Source: Clostridia bacterium (GTDB lineage: Bacteria > Bacillota > Clostridia > UMGS1883). Taken from it: a DNA stretch of 33,597 bases. The notes beneath the pieces are model-generated. The model saw nothing but the letters and a program-made list of their open reading frames with translations. It was not told the DNA's origin and did not search any database. A program made the translations under genes and the position numbers. Shown here piece after piece: positions 18,068 to 25,412 of the stretch. The stretch's first letter is position 1. Each line of letters begins with the position of its first letter. The stretch covers positions 1 to 33,597 of the forward strand of contig JAXJXW010000097.1 in NCBI GenBank assembly GCA_036307325.1, read 5' to 3'.

Positions 18068-18883
18068 TTATTTGCCCATTGCCTCAAGAACCTTCTTGGT
18101 AATTTCAGCAACAAGGTCTGCATCAGAAGATTTATTTCCGTGAGCAACATTGCATGCGCCGCAGGTGTGGCAGCTTGACTTGCCGTCATGGTTATTCATG
18201 CAGATATTTGCAGGGTGCTTACCCTTAAGACCCATCTGGCGACGGATTTCATAAAGTCTCTGAATCTGCTCTTCACTAAATTCCTTAGGTCCGCCGAGCT
18301 GCTTTGAATTGAAGAGAAGCTGAGCGTAAAATTCAAGAGATTCCATCTTGTAGTATGCGTTAAGAAGCGAATCGCTGTATGAAAGAGCACCGTGGTTTGC
18401 AAGAAGAACCGCATCAAAGTAAGGAAGATACTTTTCTACTGCATCCGGAATTTCGTTTGTTGAAGGTGTGCCGTACTCAGCAATGGGAACACATCCGAGA
18501 GCAATAACTGCCTCAGGCATAATCGGCTGAGTAAGAGGAATGCCTGCAATAGCAAAGCTTGTTGCATAAATAGGATGTGCATGAACAACGCTCTTTACAT
18601 CAGGGCGCTGCTGATACACTCTCATATGCATTTTGATTTCACTTGAAGGTCTGTAGTTACCGTTTGTTTCAAGGGGCTTACCCTCTTTGTCAACCTTACA
18701 TATAAAATCAGGTGTCATAAATCCCTTACTAACGCCTGTGGGTGTGCAAAGGAATTCATTGTCTGAAATCTTTACAGAGATATTACCGTCATTAGCGGCA
18801 ACCATGCCTCTGTCATAGATTCTCTTACCGATGTCACAGATTTGTTTTTTGATTTCATACTCGTTTACCATATTGAAATTCAT
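18068..18883 (-). CDS. Class II aldolase (fuculose/rhamnulose-1-phosphate aldolase family) with a Cys-rich linker and a C-terminal encapsulation-peptide-like helix
   Basis: Class II aldolase/adducin motifs NDGNISV, VHAHP and ANHGALS. The protein is 271 aa and extends about 50 aa beyond the last recognisable aldolase-domain motifs (class II aldolases of this family are usually shorter, from memory). The extra C-terminus reads ...NICMNNHDGKSSCHTCGACNVAHGNKSSDADLVAEITKKVLEAMGK. Confidence 0.9.
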   Translation of the reverse strand: MNFNMVNEYEIKKQICDIGKRIYDRGMVAANDGNISVKISDNEFLCTPTGVSKGFMTPDFICKVDKEGKPLETNGNYRPSSEIKMHMRVYQQRPDVKSVVHAHPIYATSFAIAGIPLTQPIMPEAVIALGCVPIAEYGTPSTNEIPDAVEKYLPYFDAVLLANHGALSYSDSLLNAYYKMESLEFYAQLLFNSKQLGGPKEFSEEQIQRLYEIRRQMGLKGKHPANICMNNHDGKSSCHTCGACNVAHGNKSSDADLVAEITKKVLEAMGK

Positions 18884-18927
18884 CCTTTCCTATAAGAAAT
18901 AAAATTATTTTCACTATCTATGCTTAT

Positions 18928-18956
18928 ATTTTACAACCTATTTGTTGTGTTGTCAA
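18928..18956 (-). promoter_or_regulatory. Internal sigma-A promoter candidate in front of the aldolase gene
   Basis: On the minus strand: TTGACA (18956-18951), a 17-nt spacer, then TAAAAT (18933-18928). It lies in the only sizeable gap of the locus (105 nt). Confidence 0.5.
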
Positions 18957-18960
18957 TATA

Positions 18961-18986
18961 TTTTTGTGGTTTTTTGTGGTTTTTTG
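18961..18986. repeat. 10-nt direct repeat TTTTTGTGGT x2.6 (phased A-tracts on the minus strand)
   Basis: tttttgtggt tttttgtggt tttttg, read directly. It lies immediately upstream of the -35 of the internal promoter. Confidence 0.8.
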
Positions 18987-18988
18987 AA

Positions 18989-19417
18989 TTATTTTGAGAG
19001 AAATTTAAGAATTTCATCTATTCCATCACGGTTATATGAGGAGGTTACAAAGATTTTTTTACATCCTGCAAGCTCTAGCCACATTTTCGCAAGGTCTACC
19101 CTTGCGTCTTTTCTGTCTGCTTTTGTGACTATTCCAATAACCTCTCTGTTCGCCATTGGGGCAATGTTGGGAGCGTACAAAGAATAGCTTTCCGTTGCGC
19201 TCAGAAGAAGGCCTACAACATCGGCTTCATAAGAATACAGTGCCAATGCATGGGCAAGGTCGGCGTTTTCCGCATATTCTCCCGGCGTATCAATTAAAAA
19301 ATCATCATATGAAACATATTGAGTTTTTTCATAACGAAGCTTTTCTCCTCTGAGTGCCTGGGTTAGAGTTGTTTTACCGGCTTCGCTTCTGCCAATCAAT
19401 ATGAGCTTTTTCATCAT
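18989..19417 (-). CDS. eutP: EutP/PduV-family small GTPase
   Basis: MMKKLILIGRSEAGKTTL P-loop, a DTPGE motif and a TKAD motif. The ATG at 19417 overlaps the upstream TGA (ATGA coupling). The track's longer start at 19471 lies inside the EutS/PduU gene. Confidence 0.85.
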   Translation of the reverse strand: MMKKLILIGRSEAGKTTLTQALRGEKLRYEKTQYVSYDDFLIDTPGEYAENADLAHALALYSYEADVVGLLLSATESYSLYAPNIAPMANREVIGIVTKADRKDARVDLAKMWLELAGCKKIFVTSSYNRDGIDEILKFLSK

Positions 19418-19782
19418 GTTTTTGTCACATCGCAAACGGTAAAGCCAAGGGTTTCCTTCGCATATGCACAAACCTCACGCACGGCGGTGTCAACCTGGGA
19501 AACGGTTCCCGTTACAATCAAGGTGCCGCTGAATCTGTCTACAAAGCCTATTTCAACGCCTGATGACTTTATGGCAATATCCCCTGCGATAATTGCCGTT
19601 TCACTGGGAGTCATCGTAATAATTCCGATAGCCGCCTTTGAATAATCAATCCGCGGGTCAAGCCCCAGCTTTTTATAAAGTATCTCATCGGGATTTGCTA
19701 TAACATGAGCAAGCGTAATCTGTTTGCCGGGAACAATTTCCTGAATAATACGCATTTTGTCTCTTAATTCAAATTCGTTCAT
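19414..19782 (-). CDS. pduU: Circularly permuted BMC shell protein (EutS/PduU family)
   Basis: RIIQEIVPGKQITLAHVIANP...AIGIITMTPSETAIIAGDIAIKSSGVEIGFVDRFSGTLIVTG is typical of PduU/EutS. Confidence 0.85.
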   Translation of the reverse strand: MNEFELRDKMRIIQEIVPGKQITLAHVIANPDEILYKKLGLDPRIDYSKAAIGIITMTPSETAIIAGDIAIKSSGVEIGFVDRFSGTLIVTGTVSQVDTAVREVCAYAKETLGFTVCDVTKT

Positions 19783-19784
19783 TC

Positions 19785-20579
19785 TTAACCACCTACCTTC
19801 GCTTTTAATCCAAAGCCTTCAGCCACCCTGCAAAGTCTCTCCATTTTTTCATCATCAGGCGGCAATGCATCACCCATTAAATATTCACGGTCAAGACCCT
19901 TGTACTTGTCTTTCCCCAATCGGTGATACGGCAAAAGATTTATTTCATCAACACGCATTTTTTCATGTGCAAAGCGTGCTATTTCCCCTATTTCTTCCTC
20001 TGTATCATTGAAGCCCGGAATTGTGGGAACACGCACAATACATTTTTTTGAATGCTGAGCGATTTTAACCGCATTTTCAAGAATAAGGGCGTTATCCTGC
20101 TTTGTGAATTCCTTATGCTTTGCGCCATTTATATGCTTTATGTCAAGCAAAAATGTATCAATATAAGGAAGCAATCTTTCTATTTTATCAAAGGATGCAA
20201 ACCCCGTTGATTCAACCGCCGTATTTATTCCGTTTTCATGTGCAAGCTGCAAAAGAGCTTGTGCAAAATCCACCTGGAGAAGCATTTCTCCGCCGGAAAG
20301 GGTCATCCCCCCGCCGCTTCTGCGATAATAATTCACATCCTTTAATACCTCATGAATTACCTCGCCTGCACTCACATCACGCCCAACAATTTTAATTTTG
20401 CCGTTCTCATTCATATTTTGAATTTCAAACTCCTGGGATTCAGGATTGCAGCACCATCTGCACCTTAGTGCACAGCCTTTTAAAAATACAATTGTTCTTA
20501 TACCGGGGCCGTCATGAACAGAATATTTCTGAATGTCAAAAATTCTTCCTCTCACCTTTGAAATATCCAACTGTTTCAC
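19785..20579 (-). CDS. Glycyl-radical enzyme activating enzyme (radical SAM, short PflA-like form)
   Basis: CALRCRWC (CxxxCxxC) cluster motif preceded by VHDGPGIRT, plus a GGE SAM-binding motif. It is 264 aa and has no second Cys-rich ferredoxin insert. The start is GTG at 20579 or the nearby TTG. Confidence 0.9.
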   Translation of the reverse strand: MKQLDISKVRGRIFDIQKYSVHDGPGIRTIVFLKGCALRCRWCCNPESQEFEIQNMNENGKIKIVGRDVSAGEVIHEVLKDVNYYRRSGGGMTLSGGEMLLQVDFAQALLQLAHENGINTAVESTGFASFDKIERLLPYIDTFLLDIKHINGAKHKEFTKQDNALILENAVKIAQHSKKCIVRVPTIPGFNDTEEEIGEIARFAHEKMRVDEINLLPYHRLGKDKYKGLDREYLMGDALPPDDEKMERLCRVAEGFGLKAKVGG

Positions 20580-20588
20580 AGCCTTTCA

Positions 20589-23108
20589 TCAGAAGCTCAT
20601 CTGCTCCGTTCTGTTAATAATATCATCTTGCAGAGAACGAGAAAGTGTGGTAAACAATGCACTGTAACCTGCAACTCGAACTACAAGATTTTTGTAATTT
20701 TCAGGATGTGCCTGTGCGTCACGGAGGGTTTCACGGCTTACAACATTAAACTGAACATGCATTCCCTTCCTGTCAAAATATCCTCTTACCAACGCAACGA
20801 AATTCTGCAAGCCTTCATTTCCCTTCAAAGCGGAAGGATGGAACTTCATATTAAAGAGCGTTCCGTTTGAAGCAATGCCGTGGTCAATCTTGGCAACGGA
20901 GTTTGCTGCAGCCGTTGGCCCGTTAACATCTCTTCCCGCACCGGGAGAAACACCGTCTGCAATGGGAGTATAAGCCAATCTTCCGTCGGGAGTTGCTCCT
21001 GTCTGCGCCCCTAAGGGAACATTTGCGGAAACGGGATAAAGCCCTGCCTGGAAGCTTCCTCCTCTGGGGTTTTTATATTTTTCCAGAGGGCGTGTGTAAA
21101 GGTAAGCCGCTTTACGGGCGAATTCATCAATCTCGTCAAAATCGTTACCGAATTTGGGAAGAGCATTTATGTCCACCAAAAGCTCTGCATAACGCTTGTT
21201 TCCGCCCATATGATTTTCTGCCTGAACGGTTTTATAGATTTCCTTAATGATTTCCTCATTAAGCTCCATTTTCTTTTCAAGCTCTCTGGCAATTTCAACA
21301 GTAAGCTGTTCTGTGCTGAGTCCGCTTTCCTCACCGCTGAAGTTTGCCTCCAAGGCACCTTTAACCTCTTTGAGAGTATATTTCTTTTCATCATACACAA
21401 GCTTTTTCATTGCGTAGAGGGCATCTGCCATGTTGGCAACGCCAAAGCCCTGAGGTCCTGTAAAGTTATATATTGCGCCGCCCTCCTGCACAGACTTTCC
21501 TCTGCCGATACAGTCTTCAACCATTGAAGAAAGGAAAGGAAGAGGCGTACGAACGGCATGTGCCTTATCTATTGCATTGTCTGAATTTACAAGAAGCTTT
21601 ATGCAATAATCCATCTGCGCCTTATATGCGTTAAAGAATTTTTCGTAAGTATCAAGGGTTTCAACCTCACCTGTTTTAACAGAAATCTGCACACCCTTGC
21701 CCTTTCCGTTTGAAAATACAAGCTCCAGGGGGCGAAGCATGTTAAAGAACGCCGCATCATGCCAGCCGTCTGTCTTACCGGGGCACTGAGGCTCAACGCA
21801 ACCGATAATACAGTAATTTCTTGCATCATGAAGCTCTACTCCCCTGCTGAGAAGTGAGGGAATAATAACCTCATCATTGTAATAAGCAGGCAAGCCCACG
21901 CCCGTTCTGGTTACATGCGCCGCCATAATAAGCAAATCCTGGGGCGAGCCGTTCCACACTCTGATTGAAATAGACGGCTGGGGAAGTAATATATGCATTG
22001 TAGCGTTAAGGCTTATATAAGACATTTCATTTGTACTGTCTATGCCTTCCTTTGTCTGTCCGCCTACAATAAGGTTCTGGAAAAGACTGTAGCCGGCAAA
22101 GCCCTCAGCAGAAGCCGCATCACGAACCTTGTTCAAATCGTTTAATTTAACCCATACGCAATCAACAAGCTCCTGGGCAAATTCAAGAGAGAGCTTTCCG
22201 CTTTCGTAATCCTTTTTAAAGTAAGGATACATATACATGTCAAATCTTCCGGGAGAAATTGAATGGCCGCTTCCCTCCATCTGTATAAGCATCTGAACGA
22301 ACCAAAAGCCCTGGCAGGCTTCATAAAAGCTTTTTGCGCCGCACTTTAAGACATTTCGGCAGTTTGACGCAATTTTTTGAAGCTCCTCCTTACGCTGACC
22401 GCTTTGCCTTTTTGCCTCTTCCTCTGCAAGGTCGGCATATCTGTCCGCATAGGCGATTGCAGCGTCGCAGCTTTCAATTACTGCTTCAAGAAAGCTGCTT
22501 TTTGCCGCATGCTCCCCGTCTGCAACATCAACTCTTGAAAGTGCTTCTTCAGCTTGCTTTCTTATTCCGCCAAAGCCCATTTCAAGCACCTTGTCATACT
22601 GAACACAAAGGTGACCTACACCGTTGTAAAAATAGTTTCCCGTTGTAAAAATATTATGCTCAATGGCAAGCAATGCTTCGGGCGCCATGTAGCTTGTGGC
22701 AAGCTCACTGTTTGTTTTGCCCTTCCAATACTTATGTATTTCACGAAGCTCTTTTTTAGTTTCCTCGTCAATATAAAACGGGTCTGCACTTCTTGTGGCA
22801 AGTGTGTCAAATTCCGCCTCAAGCCATTCATAAGAATATTCAGGAAAGGTCTGGCAGCTTCTGGGAGATTTTGTTGCACTTCCCACAATAAGCTCACCTT
22901 CTCTTATTGTTATGGGAATATTCCTTAATATATGCGAAAAAGCAGCGCTTCTGCGTTTTATTATGGGAAGATGCTCCGTCATTTTATAGCTCTCCGTAAC
23001 AAGGCGCGCACGGTCCCCCTCTATTTGCGGCATCTTTTCAAAAAGCATATCACGCAAATGTTGTACACGGGGCGTTATTTTGATTTTATCCATTGTCTCA
23101 AAATTCAT
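20589..23108 (-). CDS. Glycyl radical enzyme, diol (1,2-propanediol/glycerol) dehydratase-like
   Basis: 839 aa. The glycyl-radical motif is VVRVAGYSA (G814). The Cys loop is IIGCVEP (C437, E439). NGVGH (H166), GHS (S283) and D451 (Cys+14) are also present. A GGAGGG RBS precedes the ATG. Confidence 0.9.
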   Translation of the reverse strand: MNFETMDKIKITPRVQHLRDMLFEKMPQIEGDRARLVTESYKMTEHLPIIKRRSAAFSHILRNIPITIREGELIVGSATKSPRSCQTFPEYSYEWLEAEFDTLATRSADPFYIDEETKKELREIHKYWKGKTNSELATSYMAPEALLAIEHNIFTTGNYFYNGVGHLCVQYDKVLEMGFGGIRKQAEEALSRVDVADGEHAAKSSFLEAVIESCDAAIAYADRYADLAEEEAKRQSGQRKEELQKIASNCRNVLKCGAKSFYEACQGFWFVQMLIQMEGSGHSISPGRFDMYMYPYFKKDYESGKLSLEFAQELVDCVWVKLNDLNKVRDAASAEGFAGYSLFQNLIVGGQTKEGIDSTNEMSYISLNATMHILLPQPSISIRVWNGSPQDLLIMAAHVTRTGVGLPAYYNDEVIIPSLLSRGVELHDARNYCIIGCVEPQCPGKTDGWHDAAFFNMLRPLELVFSNGKGKGVQISVKTGEVETLDTYEKFFNAYKAQMDYCIKLLVNSDNAIDKAHAVRTPLPFLSSMVEDCIGRGKSVQEGGAIYNFTGPQGFGVANMADALYAMKKLVYDEKKYTLKEVKGALEANFSGEESGLSTEQLTVEIARELEKKMELNEEIIKEIYKTVQAENHMGGNKRYAELLVDINALPKFGNDFDEIDEFARKAAYLYTRPLEKYKNPRGGSFQAGLYPVSANVPLGAQTGATPDGRLAYTPIADGVSPGAGRDVNGPTAAANSVAKIDHGIASNGTLFNMKFHPSALKGNEGLQNFVALVRGYFDRKGMHVQFNVVSRETLRDAQAHPENYKNLVVRVAGYSALFTTLSRSLQDDIINRTEQMSF

Positions 23109-23147
23109 CTGTATCCCTCCGCAGTATAAAATAATTTTTCTTAATGT

Positions 23148-23230
23148 AAGATTACCACAAAAACACAGATTTTGTCAATAGAAATCAACAAAAAAATTCA
23201 TATTTTTAATCAAAAATCACAGATTTTTCA
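23148..23230 (-). promoter_or_regulatory. Two repeated -35/operator modules upstream of the GRE gene
   Basis: Minus-strand modules TTGACAAAATCTGTGTTTTTG and TTGAAAAATCTGTGATTTTTG start 53-54 bp apart. Each is followed at 17-18 nt by an A/T-rich -10-like hexamer (TAATCT and TAAAAAT). Confidence 0.4.
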
Positions 23231-23277
23231 ACTCAAACGAATTTTAACAGGTATTTTTATATGTTTTTTCAAAAGCA

Positions 23278-23306
23278 GTTGCAATTATTTACTTTCTGTG
23301 GTATTA
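23278..23306 (+). promoter_or_regulatory. Sigma-A promoter candidate for tsaE
   Basis: TTGCAA (23278-23283), a 17-nt spacer ending TGtgg, then TATTAT (23301-23306). Confidence 0.4.
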
Positions 23307-23345
23307 TATATAAATATATGAAGCTATGCATAAAGGGGTAGGACA

Positions 23346-23762
23346 GTGAATTTTTTATCACATAGTGCTGAAGAAACTGAAAAATTTGCATATGAATTTG
23401 CGTCAAGCATCACGCCACCGCAGGTAATTTGCCTGACGGGTGACCTTGGGGCAGGAAAAACCGCTTTTGTAAGAGGTTTTGCCAAGTATTTCGGAATTGA
23501 AAAGGGCGTGTCCTCTCCCACCTTCACAATTATGCACCGCTATGAAGGGCGTACGGCTATAAATCATTATGACCTGTATCGTCTTTCCGATGCGGAGGAG
23601 CTTTATGATATAGGGTTTGATGAACAGATTGAAAGCGGCATTTCCCTTATTGAGTGGCCTGACGCATTTCGTGATGTTATTCCCGATGATGCAATCACCG
23701 TAAAGATTTCTCGTACAGACGGTGATAGTAATGAGAGATTGATTGAGGCGATAAATATATGA
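23346..23762 (+). CDS. tsaE: tRNA t6A37 biosynthesis ATPase TsaE
   Basis: GDLGAGKT Walker A, SPTF, HYDLYR and EW motifs. The start is a GTG. Confidence 0.9.
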   Translation: MNFLSHSAEETEKFAYEFASSITPPQVICLTGDLGAGKTAFVRGFAKYFGIEKGVSSPTFTIMHRYEGRTAINHYDLYRLSDAEELYDIGFDEQIESGISLIEWPDAFRDVIPDDAITVKISRTDGDSNERLIEAINI

Positions 23763-24454
23763 GAGTACTTGCTATAGATACATCGGCAACCACGGCTTCC
23801 GCCGCACTGCTTGACGGTGACGCCGTAAAAGCAGAAATATCCTTTTCCGGAGCGTTGACTCATTCACAAACTATTATGCCCATGATTGATGAGCTGCTTT
23901 CAGGGCTTTCTCTTACTTGCAGTGATATTGATTTGTTTGCCTGCTCTTCAGGGCCTGGGTCCTTTACGGGATTGAGAATAGGAATAGGAACAATTAAGGG
24001 GCTTGCCTACGGTGCGGATAAGCCTGTAGTTGGCGTGTCAACACTGGAGGCTCTTGCACAGAATGTTTCCTGCAGTCCTTTCCTTATTTCCCCGATTATG
24101 GATGCACGGCGCAACCAGGTATATAATGCGCTCTACCGTTTTGACGGAGACAAGCTCGTCTGCGTAGAAAATCCCCGTGCACTTTCCATTGAGGAGCTGG
24201 CAGCCCAGTTAAATGAAAAAACAATATTTGTCGGTGACGGCGTTAAGGTACATAGGACATATCTTAAAGAAGCCTTGGGAGAAAACGCAGTGTTTGCTCC
24301 GCCTCACCTTTTATTGCAGCGTGCAGGAAGCGTTTGCACCTGTGCACTTACGAAAGAGACCTTAAGCGCAGACAAGCTCTGTGCAGTATATCTTCGTAAG
24401 CCCCAGGCGGAACGGGAGCGAGCGGAAAAAGAACAAAATAATAATATACAATAA
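23759..24454 (+). CDS. tsaB: tRNA t6A37 biosynthesis protein TsaB
   Basis: MRVLAIDTS..., GPGSFTGLRIG. There is a 4-nt overlap with tsaE. Confidence 0.9.
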   Translation: MRVLAIDTSATTASAALLDGDAVKAEISFSGALTHSQTIMPMIDELLSGLSLTCSDIDLFACSSGPGSFTGLRIGIGTIKGLAYGADKPVVGVSTLEALAQNVSCSPFLISPIMDARRNQVYNALYRFDGDKLVCVENPRALSIEELAAQLNEKTIFVGDGVKVHRTYLKEALGENAVFAPPHLLLQRAGSVCTCALTKETLSADKLCAVYLRKPQAERERAEKEQNNNIQ

Positions 24455-24474
24455 TATTTGGAAGGATTGATTTT

Positions 24475-24915
24475 ATGAAGATAGCTATGGCGGCAGATCA
24501 CGGAGGATTTGAGCTTAAAAACATTCTGCGTGATTATCTGAAATCCAAAGGCCATGAAATTACAGACCTGGGAACAAACACCCCTGACAGTGTTGATTAT
24601 CCTGATTATGCTGTTTTGTGTTGTAATGAAGTGGTGAATAAAAATGTTGATTTCGGTATTTTGGTATGCGGAACCGGCGTTGGCATATCAATAGCGGCAA
24701 ACAAGGTAAAGGGCATTCGCTGCGGGCTTTGCCCTTCTGTCGAAATAGCTTCTCTTGTGAAGCAGCACAACAATGCTAATGTTATAGCTCTCGGCGGCAG
24801 ATTTACCAATGCTGATGATGCCAAGAAAATTGTTGACGCATATATGGCGGCCGAATTTGAAGGCGGCAGGCATCAGGGCAGAATAGATAAAATTTCGGCT
24901 ATTGAAAATAATTAA
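24475..24915 (+). CDS. rpiB: Ribose-5-phosphate isomerase B
   Basis: [11 protein letters not shown]..., [29 protein letters not shown]. Confidence 0.9.
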   Translation: MKIAMAADHGGFELKNILRDYLKSKGHEITDLGTNTPDSVDYPDYAVLCCNEVVNKNVDFGILVCGTGVGISIAANKVKGIRCGLCPSVEIASLVKQHNNANVIALGGRFTNADDAKKIVDAYMAAEFEGGRHQGRIDKISAIENN

Positions 24916-24934
24916 ACATTTTTGGAGGTTTTTT

Positions 24935-25393
24935 ATGCGTTGTCCGTTTTGCGGTTTTGATGACAGTAAGGTAATTGACTCTCGCCCCACTGATGAGGGG
25001 GTGGCCATAAGAAGAAGGCGTGAATGTATAAAATGCGCCAAAAGGTTTACTACATATGAAAAGGTTGAAAGTCTCCCCATTATAGTAATCAAAAAAGATA
25101 AAACCCGTGAGCTTTTCAGCCGTGAAAAGCTTTTGTCAGGTCTTACCCGTGCTTGTGAAAAAAGGCCTGTGGAAACACATCAGCTTGATTTGCTTGTTGA
25201 TAAGATTGAATCCGATTTGCAAAACACCTTGAAGCGGGAAATTTCAACAAAGGAAATAGGCGAAAAGGTTATGGAAGGGCTTCGTGATATTGACGAGGTT
25301 GCCTATGTACGCTTTGCATCTGTTTATCGTCAATTCAAGGATGTTAACACCTTTATTGCAGAAGTCAACAAGCTCCTCACGGATAAAAACTAA
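24935..25393 (+). CDS. nrdR: Transcriptional repressor NrdR
   Basis: MRCPFCG...RRRRECIKC zinc ribbon plus an ATP-cone. I prefer the ATG at 24935, with GGAGG upstream. The track's 24902 start overlaps rpiB. Confidence 0.9.
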   Translation: MRCPFCGFDDSKVIDSRPTDEGVAIRRRRECIKCAKRFTTYEKVESLPIIVIKKDKTRELFSREKLLSGLTRACEKRPVETHQLDLLVDKIESDLQNTLKREISTKEIGEKVMEGLRDIDEVAYVRFASVYRQFKDVNTFIAEVNKLLTDKN

Positions 25394-25412
25394 TAGATTA
25401 AAATGAAGGAAA

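Noticed and set aside
18961-18986. The short direct repeats as a possible CRISPR or minisatellite.
   Set aside because: There are only 2.6 copies of a 10-nt unit with no spacers. They are better explained as phased A-tracts of a promoter upstream region.
20589-23108. Choline trimethylamine-lyase (CutC) or another GRE chemistry (HypD, IslA) as the signature enzyme.
   Set aside because: The locus carries a class II aldolase and an ADH rather than choline-type accessories. The His, Ser, Cys-x-Glu and Asp(+14) pattern fits the diol dehydratases as I recall them. This is not proven without an alignment or phylogeny, so the call is kept as 'diol-dehydratase-like'.
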